A program made the translations under genes and the position numbers. Source: Tubiluchus corallicola (Eukaryota > Animalia > Priapulida). From it: DNA of 64,000 nt. The DNA is taken from NCBI GenBank assembly GCA_030141605.1, contig JAQGDQ010000060.1:248001-312000 (forward strand), written 5' to 3'. Shown here in pieces: positions 24,300-36,600 of the stretch. The stretch's first letter is position 1, and each line of letters starts with the position of its first letter. The notes under the pieces are model-generated. The model did not search any database. It had not been told where the DNA came from and was given only the letters and a program-made list of their open reading frames with translations.

Positions 24300-24400
24300 C
24301 AGGTTTCCATGGTCAGGGAAAATCCTTGATAATACAGGCTATCCTGGAAAGGTGTGGAAAAGTCGAGGAAAATTTATTTTAAAATTCTGTGGGAACCCTG
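24300..24400. mobile_element. Short hAT-like MITE remnant
   Basis: caggtttccat ... gtgggaaccctg imperfect TIRs; no clear TSD. Confidence 0.45.
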
Positions 24401-24471
24401 CTAAATGTCAAAAGGTCTTTTGCTTCAATATAAAATTTATTTGTTTTATTTTAGGATAAGACAAGACAAGG

Positions 24472-24662
24472 ATGCGACGATTCCGTTCAGCCGGATCAAC
24501 CTCAGTGAAAACAGCGCAGACAAACGGAGAAGTTGGCAGAAATCACCTGAACTCTTGGGAACAGAAACCGTTGGATGATAGTCGGCTTCTATTAAACGAA
24601 AAAATGGAGCTTCACGTCGGACTGCCCGATGGTAGGGAGAAAACTATGTCTGTACCTGCCAG
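24472..24662 (+). CDS. COBL: Cobl-like coding exon 1 (exon starts 24455)
   Basis: ttttag|gataag...ATG...GCC AG|gtaaga; phase 2. Confidence 0.85.
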
Positions 24663-27600
24663 GTAAGATCTTAAGTGTTCATTAAAGGAGAAAGCCTTTC
24701 TTAACAAATCAATTGGTAAATCATAAAACAATATTTAAGCAATCAGTGTTACAACAGGAAGTATTTGCATACAAATTATTATACTATACACACTAGTACA
24801 CCACAAACAAACGGTGAAATAATAAGCCTTTTCACAGTTACAGTGATTGATGGTGATCGTGAAAAGGTCAAAGGTTAAGTGTACCAGACAAAGTATTAAT
24901 ACACACAGATGACGTCTGCAAGCTAGTATATTGAACTACTGCCAGTAATCCTTGGCGCAATAACAATCAGAATGTGTCAGAAGAATCACATTTTTAGCTG
25001 TGTACTGTATTTAAAACATAGTGTGCTGTATTTAAAACATAGTGTGCTGTATTTAAAACATAGTGTGCTGTATTTAAAACATAGTGAGCTGTATTTCAAA
25101 CATAGTGTGCTGTATTTTAAACATAGTGTACTGTATTTAAAACATAGTGTACTGTATTTAAAACATAGTGCACTGTATTTAAAACATAGTGTACTGTATT
25201 AAAAATATAGTGTACTGTATTTAAAACATAGTGTACTGTATTTAAAACATAGTGTGCTGTATTTAAAACATAGTGTGCTGTATTTAAAGCATAGTGTGCT
25301 GTATTTAAAACATAGTGTACTGTATTTAAAACATAGTGTACTGTATTTAAAATACAGTGTACTGTATTGAAAATATATTGTACTGTATTTAAAATATAGT
25401 TTATGTATTTAAAACATAGTGTACTGTATTTAAAATATAGTGTACTGTATTGAAAATATATTGTACTGAATTTAAGACATAGTGTACTGTATTTAAAACA
25501 TAGTGTATGTATTTAAAACATAGTGTACAGTATTTAAAATATAGTGTACTGTATTTAAAATATAGTGTACTGTATTTAAAATATAGTGTACTGTATTTAA
25601 AACATAGTGTACTGTATTTAAAATATAGTGTAATGTATTTAAAACATAGTGTACTGTATTTAAAACATAGTGTACTGTATTTAAAATATAGTGTAATGTA
25701 TTTAAAACATAGTGTACTGTATTAAAATATAGTGTACTGTATTTAAAACATAGTGTACTGTATTTAAAACATAGTGTACTGTATTTAAAATATAGTGTAC
25801 TGTATTTAAAATATAGCTATCGTAATGAACAGCTGTAACGAAAACTTTTCCAGCAGAAAAAACAAAGACAACAAATGCTATGTATGTGTTATCATGGAGC
25901 TCGAATAGCTTGAAATCACTACACTCTCTAGCTGAAACTTATTTAATGTTTATTGAATGGCCCTGATTGTAACACAGTAACAACTGTATGTGACACATAA
26001 ATTTATTGTTGTGAGGGTGGATAAGAGGTGGTAATTTTCCACCCACTGTCAGGAGCTTGTTCCTGGTGTGATATCATTGAACAACAACAATAGCAAGAAT
26101 ACCCGGCGATGCTCCCAGCAATGGACGGTTGAGTGATCGGGATAACGACTCTGTACCACGGACTTGAAGAAAGATCGGTAGCTCTAGTTTACGACCTCGT
26201 TAGCCGGGTTGATTGACTTGTACTACTGTAGTAGCAAACTGTACCGAAAAACACACTAATCACAGAAAAGAATGCGCTGGCAATTGTTGGAAAGAATGGC
26301 ATGTGTCAACATGAAATTTAGAGTTTTAAAAACGGCACTACTAGCTCAAGGTTTTTAGCCTTTTAATGCCCATGCTGAGCTGCAGTAAATAAATAAACGC
26401 TGGTCTACCGAACTTTATTAGGTACATTATGCATCAATAATTTGTTTGATTGTAAGTATTTTTGTGGTGGTAAAATCATGTAAGCCAAGATAGAAATGAA
26501 TCTTTTAGTCTGTGTTTACACTGATATATTCAGATGGTTTGATTATTTAGTTTATCAAAGAAAAGTCGTTTTTTTTACTTACCAGCATCACATTTTGTTC
26601 ACATGTTAATGAATGTGGCTGATTTGCTTGATTGTTAAATACATGAAAGAGCCAGATTCTAGGAATTTTGCACAATTCTCGGCAATTTCTTTATTGTCTG
26701 TTGTTTATTTATTTCACGTCAACACAAATACACAATTAATACATTAAAAGAAACAAAAAGAAACAACAAAATCAATAATTCAATGAATAACAAACAGTAA
26801 GATACATAATAGGAAGCAAATTTTGGAAAAAATGATTTAAACTATCTTTAGACGTAGGTCAACCTATGGTAAACAAAGATGATGATATCGCTACTTCCTT
26901 TAATACTGGTGTCTAAACAACGTTATGTACAGCATCATTACAAATATACTAACTTGACTCTCAAAACACGGTGGGGTTGAAAGATAAACAAGAGAATTAT
27001 CGCTGTTGTATGTTGCTTGGTAAATTCGTATACAGTTTACTTTGAGCACATAACTAGTTTAGATATACCATACTTTTGTTACAACCTTCATTATTTTGAT
27101 AAGTTAAATTCTAATCTGTTTTGTAGTTTCAGTTTGTGCCTTTGTATCATTAATGTATTAGTTATTCTTCTTGGCTTCATTTATAGTTTGATAATGGCTT
27201 CAGTAGGCGAAACGATTGTCGTTCAATAAACATGTTGTTTGTTTATTTTTATTGACACGTGTAAAATTATATTGCGAGTGGCCAAGAGAAAGGATAAACC
27301 GTGCAGAAATGACAGTTTGTTGTGTATGCAAATTCTGTAGTCAGTGTTTTCAGATGTGTTAATATGCCAAAAGAGGAGTGTCTTGTTGATATGTACATGT
27401 ACTTATGTACATAGTTAGCAGTAACTATCGTATTAATAAATTATACTGTTCTGCTTGCTTCAGTTTTGTAGTTTTTTTATAACCTTATATTAATAAAAAA
27501 TTCATATATTTGCTCATTTACATACATTCATATAAAAGTTCAAATGTATATGTAAACACTATGTCTAAAATAAATTGGGCACAATTCATAAATATGGGCA

Positions 27601-30600
27601 GAAAAATGTTTCATACTTTATCAATTGTGCACAGAATTTTTGGTTTTTACGATTCATGCAAACACCTGTGTCATTAGCTGTAAGCAGGTAACATTATATT
27701 ATTTTATAACATCTGAAGCGTTTATTGATTTGTAAACTATGAGGCATTTCATAATACAATAAAACATTCTTGAATTTGAATATTATAGAAAGTCATTAAA
27801 ACAGCATGCTGTACATTTTTATGCAACAAAATCAGTAACATTGGGTAACTAAACTTGTACATTAGACGAAAGCAACAAGATTTGAAAAGTCATTAATCAA
27901 GTAATATGAACTCTTTATTGAATTAACGTAGTGGATAGATATCTTTCTCTGGTATAGACTACTGATTAGCACCAGAATGAATCACTAGCGTGACTAATTT
28001 CCAAGGATTTGAACTCCATCTGTGACCTCTCTTCAATTAAATGCATTAAAAATTATTTTGTCTTGTCACTTTGCTGCTTGCTGTATCTGCATATGAACGA
28101 GCTTGCACAAAGACTGTGTCATTGTCAATACTTCTGTTCCTATAATTACAAATTTTACCTGACAGGTGTAAAGTAACACCTGGAGACATCGTCTAATTTA
28201 TCATTAGTCGTGCCTGTGTCAGTTTTGAACGAGTCTTTACGTAAGCTTATTTAAGCATTCGTTATCATTTGCGTTGGTTACTTATTGTACTGAATTTGGA
28301 GCATGTCTTTGCATGTCATACATTGTTCAGTTGTGATGTAGTACACACATTTAAGAACTGATGCGTGAGCACAGCGGTAAACTTAAAATTGAATTTTAAA
28401 TTTAAAATGTGCCAAGTTTTTGTATATAATATTGAATGTTGTACGTTAGCACTGTACTTCAATTTTCGCTTTTGAAACGCGTGAAGCACACTCGTGGAAG
28501 TTTGTGCTGTAGAAAATTACGTTCACTTGTGATATCATCACTAGTTATGCTTGCCTATCATTAATTATGTTTTTAATCTATTGATTAATTATCGGAAATG
28601 ATTTGGCGTTATTATATGGGTTGAAATGTATACTTTTTACTGTACTTCAAAATGGAATGTGATATGAAAAATCGTTGTGTTTTCCTTTAATCATTCTGCT
28701 TCACGCTCCTGATTTTTTTCAGTGTTTCTGCTCTATTGGTAAAAGTAAATTTAGGAGTTTTTTTTATTAAAACAAAGGGCTGTAAAATGTATTAGAAGAG
28801 AGCACTTGTATCTAAAGCAGTCGAAAATCAATAATAATTTTTTGTGTTAACCTATCAATATATTTTTATCCATAAATATGTTGACCGTGTCAAAGTTCAA
28901 GAACTGAGCATTCAACCTTGTAAGAAATTAAGAAAAAATTCAAATGAGTTTTATGACCGATTTGAGTCACAGTGAGTGAATAATACGGATTAATTTATCA
29001 CTTTTTATTTTCCACTTTCTTGCTGCCGCCATTGTTAAAAACAAAGTGAAATTTCTTTCTGTCAATTTTAGTGTAAGGAAGAACATTGTTAAACGACTTT
29101 TGTACGATTTTCTGTCAAGTTTGACGAAGCGTTGCTGTTTAAAAACAATAAAACTGTAAATTCTTGTTGCTATTCACGGCAATGAACAATCTCACCTGAG
29201 GCCATGTTGATTTTACTGATGACGCTGTTGACAATGTGATTATTGTTATAGTGCCAACTGCTTTTGTAAACGTGTGGCCTGCTGTCCACCTTGAAGGCTT
29301 TCATCATAATCTTACACTATGAATAAAGGATAAATGTAGTAAATAGAATACATACTTAGTTGAATATAGATTTTAGATACTGATACTATGAATCATTTGT
29401 GGGAGATATAATCAAAATTTCTTTGTCCTCATTGTAAATGTACAATGTATGCTTCTGCCAATCTGGTGCATAGAGTTTAACGCATGAGAATCATTCATTT
29501 AAAGTCAGTTACAAGTTCTTTTTGATTGTACAAGACCCGTTAATAACTTTTTTATTGCTCAATACGTATTAATAGCGTTTAGGAGAAGTAGGGGCAGTTT
29601 CATTCACTATTTTGGAGGATAGGATTATCCTTGATAGTAAGTAGGCTGTGCATTGAATGCTTGGTGTGCGGGGAGTACTCAATTACGAAAAAAACTGGAA
29701 AAATTGCGCAGGTGTCAACAATAATGATTTCATTTCCAAAAAAACATTTTATTTGAAACATGAGCTATTAAACTGTGATCAAAATATTTTCATTAAATTC
29801 GCTCTGCAGTATGCTAGGTAAGCTGGTTATTGCTATTCACTTGTCTTGGACTTTTAAATTGAAATTTGTTTCATGACCTGTGAAAGTATGATAATGCACT
29901 GATACTCTCACAGGTGAATTTTGGCATTTTGTATAAGTTTTCAGTGTTGCTATTTTGTGGAATCTATCATTTTCTTGAAAAAACAGCTTGCTCCTTTTCT
30001 ATATTTTATGAACTACATTGTTTTGAGCTTTAGTTTAAGATTGGGTTCGATTTTCCTTTAATGCAATGGTTTATGTAAGCCTGAGTCATCACAATGATTC
30101 TAGCAAGTTATGTAGTTGACAGTAACATTTTAATCAAACAAGATTTTAGGCATGGTTATGATGGACCTATTGTTTCTGTAGCTCGTATTTAGATTTTTAA
30201 AACCTGGTTAGGAAAGATTTGCATATATATATCATTTTTATTCGTACTTTTGGTACAATCACATCAAATAGACAAACAGATCAACAAGCAAAATAACATT
30301 AATTAACAAGATTAGTAAGCAATGTGAATATGTACAATTAAGTGAGAGTAAGATATGTTAGTATGGCGTACAACTCATTCCTGTCAAAAAATCCAAATAA
30401 TTACGTTCTAGAGCACATGTAACTTCTTGAATGAAATTTACAGTCCGTATTTGTTCATCGCTAGCATTACCTCTTACATCTAATGTACAAGAAAAAACTT
30501 TAGAAAGAAAATTTTCATTTGTGTAAAAAGTTTTGTACTCGTTACAAATAGATAACAATTTATAACCCATTATAGAAGAGCTAGGAAATCGAGAATAATG

Positions 30601-33600
30601 CACCAACTTTTGACTAATCCTTTGTGAGAAGTAAATAATTTGACGTAAATGTATTACTAAAAAAAATTAAAACTATCTAAATTAGCAAGAGCAATTTGAT
30701 TGTACTAAACAGGTGGAATTTTTTTTTCTTTCAGTTTGCCCATGTTGGACTTACTAGTGCAGATTGCATCCAGTCAGAAGCTAAATCCAGCTGGTTACAT
30801 CATCCATGCACCGGATCCAGTCAGAGGGGGCGAATCCATACTTTACAAACCCAGCACCCCCATTGGTCATCTCGGAACAAATAAGATTTATATTGTCCAC
30901 AGGAACCAGAACAACGGCTCAACGGGAAATGGAAACGTTTCGAATAGATCATCATCTTCAGCACCATTTGAGGTGGTAATTTTACGTCATTAAATACCTA
31001 GGTGTTCTCTGTATTTGGGAATGTACAAGTTTGGTTAAAAACTATATTTATTCACCCAAGTTTAGTTTCTATCCTTTGTGGAGGAACTATTTGCCCCAAA
31101 ATCAATTTTCTGTCTGTGATCAGGTGTTATCCTTTATTCTTAGGACTGCTAGGCTATATGTGTACATCTTGCTTTTCTCACATTAGTTAAATGTCAGCTT
31201 AATATGGTGACCAAGCAAACAATTAACACGCTTAGGCTTTCTAATTCCTAATAGATATCTAAGTAATAAATCATACCTAAATTAAAAATGCCCTTAAGGT
31301 CTTAAGAGATTCTTCGTTTTTTCCTCCAGAAGTTTTTGTCTATAACGGACTTCATCAGCTCTACAGTGTTCCCTCACTTATCGTGGGTGTTCCGTTCCAT
31401 GCCCACCCGCGATAAATGAATTTCCGCGAAGTAGGGCACTATACTTCTTTTAGGGCGCAAGTACTACATTTCGTTTTTGGTGTGTATTCATCCGCCGAAT
31501 AAGTACACTATTTACTGTAAATGGTAATTTTTTATGATTTATAATATTCTTTTAATGTTAGAATTAATATTTTTAATATATTTTTATACATTTTGTGATT
31601 TTTTTATGCAAAATTCATCAAATCTATACATTACTGTACAATACGTACTACGCATGTGCAAAAATACTTTAGACGGAGTACCGCAAAAACCCGCGAAACA
31701 GCGAAAATACCACGATAAATATTTTACATTAATATTTTTGAAAACCCGCGAAACAGCGAGTCCGTGATAAACGAACCGCGAAGTAGCGAGGGAACACTGT
31801 ATAGAGAGGTGCAATAATAAAATATTACAGGTTAAGTTACATATAAAATAAAGGCATACAGTGTCCTTAAATTAAAAAATGCAAAAGTCATTTTCTACAT
31901 CAAAATCTTAAAATGCAAAATTATTAATGACCTAAAGGACATTTTGACTTCTTTGACCATTTACGACCATGGCAAGCCCCAGAAGAGAACTATCTTATTT
32001 AGATATCTAGGTATTTCGTATTCATGGCGTGCCATGTTCCGCATTCCGGTCACTATATAAATTTTATTAACATGCAAAATAATCACACATTGTTGTCGCA
32101 ATACCATTGTATGCGATGGGATTATTTTACTGCGCTTTCATTTCTGGTTAGTGGCCGTACATGTTAAATTATATAGTTCAAATGTAAGGAAATTGACTGT
32201 CGTTTGTATAGCCTATGTGCAGTTTTTTTATGGAACGTGTTGTTTTATAGCTATTTTGTATAATCTGTTTTGTAAAAATCACAAATTTGTAGATTTTAGT
32301 AGATCTATTAATTGTGTTTATTTTCACCATAGCAAACTAAAATTCATTTGTGCAAAAAATTCTGCATGAAATTCTAGTACCGGAGACTTTAAATTCTGTG
32401 TAAGTTGCTTGATAAGTTGGCAAAAGTGCTTAGTTTTTAATAAATGTGCACAATAGTTTTTTCAAGTTCAAATTTACTATAAAACAAGTTTTTGTTAATT
32501 AAAAGAGCTGACCGTAACTCAAAGTAGACACTAGTTTTATTACATTACTTCCTTCCTAACGAAATCGATCTTCGAAGTTGCACATTCCCACCAAAACGTT
32601 TCGTTCAGTTTTACTCACAAAACTTAGGAAAATGACAGGCTAAACAAATGTGTTAGCAACGGCTTCCTTGGAAACCGTGTCGTTTCTATGACGCTGAACT
32701 TGTAAACAATGCTACACATAATGCAAATGCGGCTGTAACTAAGGACTAAGGAGTTCCTGGCGTCATCTAACGAGTGGAAAATGAAGTTCCAGACTTTCTT
32801 GGGAAAGAGCAACCTTTCCTCTTATGTAAACCGTCAAGCAAAAGTTAAATTATCAGAAAATCTTAGAATATTTTCTTTCTGTTTTTGTGTAAAACTGAAA
32901 CTCCATAAAGTAAACTGTATTTAACAAAAAAGTCTCTGAATTCATTTTATAAACAAATTATTTCACAAATGTACATTATGCATGCGTACGTCAAGCAAGT
33001 ACTCTGCTATGTAGTTTGTTTATGATTTTAGTAATATCTTTTAACATAATACTTTTCTAGATTCTTTTTTAAGCAACAGAACTTTTCCTAAGTTGTTGTG
33101 ATTTCAACCAAATTTCATTTATAGGTAACAACTAGAGTTCAAATAAACCTTCCCCAAGGCCAGTTAATGGTCCTCCGTATTAATCCTCATGTTCAACTGT
33201 ACGATGTGTTCGCTATGATATGTACAGAGAGAAACTTGAACCAGGACCACTTCCGACTACAGCATCCAAGAACCAACGAAGATTTAGATCTATCCCTGTC
33301 GTTAGCCGATTACGAATTAAACGAACTGACCGTGGTCTCTACTGTGAAAGGTACGCACATGTACAATAGCTTACCAGTGGGAAATATTGATCAGTGGTTC
33401 TCATAGTTTAGCAACCCCGTTAAATCAGTCCGTTACCAATTGTGCAGCATGTATGATTGGGCATTTCGGTCCGTCATTGAACTGTTGCTTGCATTTAAGT
33501 CAGTGAACTTAATTGAACGGTGACTTGATTGCCTGAAATAGTATAGTGCACTTACTTGAACATTTGCTTTCCCTCAGTGGGTGTTAGCAGCAAAAAACGT

Positions 33601-36600
33601 TTTCTAATTCCAAGTAGAATTTGTTACACTTTAACCAAAAACTATGTGCTGTAACCGTTCTGTTCAGTTGCATATTGTCACCAGTTTGAATCAAAACCGT
33701 GTGACGGCGAATAGCTTAGTAATCATAGTGTGTGTTTAGCGACCAAAATTAAGCAAAACCGAATCTGGCTAGCAAATGGATTGGTGACGGCCAGGAAAAG
33801 TTGATGCCAAGACCGGTTTTGCCAGTTTAGTCTGTCACCTTTGATAACTAGACGGCTCCCATTTTGAATGGCTACATTTAAGTAGGCCCTGTTTCTTTAA
33901 TGTTGCTTTGTCACGCAGCAGTTGTAGCAGTTGCTGCTTAGTTTGTTTGTATGTTGCTTAACTTTATTTAATGAAAATTTAATGAAACTTCATTCAGTGA
34001 CAATCCAGATTTTTTGTGCTGAAGTTGTTGATTAGACAGTCAACCTTTGCTGGATCAGGGAACTGCACTTTAATAATTCTTGGAGGAGTTTGTCGTGATG
34101 ATATAAACTTGCTGTTCGGTTCGATAATAAAAGTTGCATTGTTAATGGAGAGTGCGAACCCATTAGAGTTTGTTTACTTAGCTGATCATATTGGCTATTT
34201 GTTAACAGAGTGGTGCTATTGGCTTTGAGCGTAGTGCTTGTGACATTGAGAACTACATTTGTCTCTTTTGTATTTCGAAAAGGCCGCTAACTTTCCATCC
34301 TAAACTGACTGCTTGAAACAATGAACCCAAGTTGAAGGAATGCCGTTCATTTTTTAAGTGTCAGTGGCAGTTGGTAGAAGGCAGTCTAGTGATTTATGCT
34401 CTAAAAACTCATCTATCATTTTCTGTACGAGTTTTCTCTGCCAGTTACTGAAATATGGTAGGATAAAAAAGTATTTTTCCTGAAAATAAGAATTAAAAAT
34501 TATCTTTCACGAATAAGGACTAAAAATTATTTTCACGAAATAAAGAAATGAAGCAAAGGAATTTTTCTGGTGCCTATTAAATGGCTCAGTGGAAATGTTA
34601 AAGTGATGAATTGATAGCGTTACTGATTCACAAACATCGACGATGAAAAGCAATTAATAGTTTATTAACAAAAACTGATGTTGCCTCATGAGCATCTAGA
34701 AATTTTTTAAATGTTGCATGTCAGTCTAGAAAGCTTTTTTAATGTTGCATGTCAGTTTAGAAAGTTTTTTTTAATGTTGTATGTCGGTCTAGAAAGTTTT
34801 CTTAATGTTGCATGTCAGTGTAGAAAGTCTTTTTAATGTTGCATGTCAGTCTAGAAAATTTTCTTATTGTTGCATGTCAGTGTAGAAAATTTTTAATGTT
34901 GCATGTCAGTCTATCTCTTAGACATTTTGTAGTTCTGGGTGATATAGTAAAATATATTCGAATTTTTATATTTATATATAAACTTATATATAAAGTTATA
35001 TATAAACTTTATTTTAATAAATTTGAATGGGCTTAACATATTTTTGTGGTGGTAAATTCATGTAAGGCGAAATAGAAATGAATCTTTTACTCTATGTTTA
35101 CACTGATATATTCAGATGGTTTGATTATTTAGTTTATCAAAGAAAAGTCGTTTTCTTACTTACCAGCATCACATTTTGTTCACATGTTAATGAATGTGGC
35201 TGATTTGCTAACTTGTTGGCACTTTTTCTCTAACTACTAATAACTTATTTTGCTATTTACTTGATTTTTTCGCGTGTTACAAGTGATAAATAAATTTGTC
35301 TGAATCTGAATCTGGATACTCCATTCATGAAGCTAAACAGAAAACATTTTGCATTGCATATCCTCCTATATTTTGCCCAAAATATTCTCAAAATTTTCCT
35401 GTTAACTGACATCTTAAAAAAATCATTACCTAACAAATAAATTTTTGCAAAATTTAAAATTTGAAGCTTAACAAAGTCTTATTACAAATCTCGATAGATT
35501 GATCGGCGAGTGAGTGACCGAATTTCTAAGTAGGATTAGCACAGCTCTGTGAATTTTTGATGAACCGACAGCATAAACATTTAATGAGTGCAGGGATCGG
35601 TATTGGGCTTGTGTTACCTGTGCTGATTAAAGGCTTGTATCATAACGGAGTCTGCTAATTAACACAGAGCAGGTGTTATAATACTCTCGAAATTTATTAC
35701 TGTTTACAAGTTTCTGTAGCTAATTATTTAAAATAATTAGTAAAATTTATTACATAACAACCACACATAAACACAGAATGAGCATGTGTTTTTCTTGTAC
35801 AATCTAGGCAACACCAAACTGTAGATTATATGTATATATATATATATGTGTGTGTATATATATATATATATATATGTCTATATGTATATATATGTGTGTG
35901 TATATGTATATATATATATGTGTATATATATAAATATATTATATATTATAAATAACTGGGGAAAATCGAACAAAAATGAAGCAGATAATTTAGAAAAGTT
36001 TTTCTTACAAATTGAAATTTAGTTTTGACAAATTTACAACGTATACAAACCCGTGTTACAACCAGCCTCGTCGCATATCATGTATATCAAAATCACCAAA
36101 TTTTAAGTCTTGCTTCTTCTTATCCCATTTTTTCAATTCGTCTCCTATTCAGTTTTTTTTTCTTACAGGCACTAAAAACTATTTATAGTTAAAATGCCAC
36201 AACTTTATTGAAACTTTTCATTTTTGTAGCTAAAATCATGCCAAACATTTCTACATACTTACTTACTGCTGTCGACAGAGCTACAGTAACTACGACTTAT
36301 TAATAAAAGAAAGTTTATCCATGTGCCCTAATAAGTTTTCTTTTAATGTAGAGCAGTCAATTCCTCTAACTTTATTTTCAAACACTTGGCTATTTGTTGC
36401 TACTGTATCAATTTCTTTTCTAATTTGCTTATTCATTACCTATTTGGCATCTGTTAGCTACTTAATTAGTGCATAATAGGTTCTGCCTATATAAACTGGT
36501 TGTATGTTTGTAAATTTACCACTGATGATGACAGCAGTAGCTTGCCGAAACGTTTGGCGTGATTTTAACTATGTAAAGTAAAAGTTTTAGTAAAGTTGTG

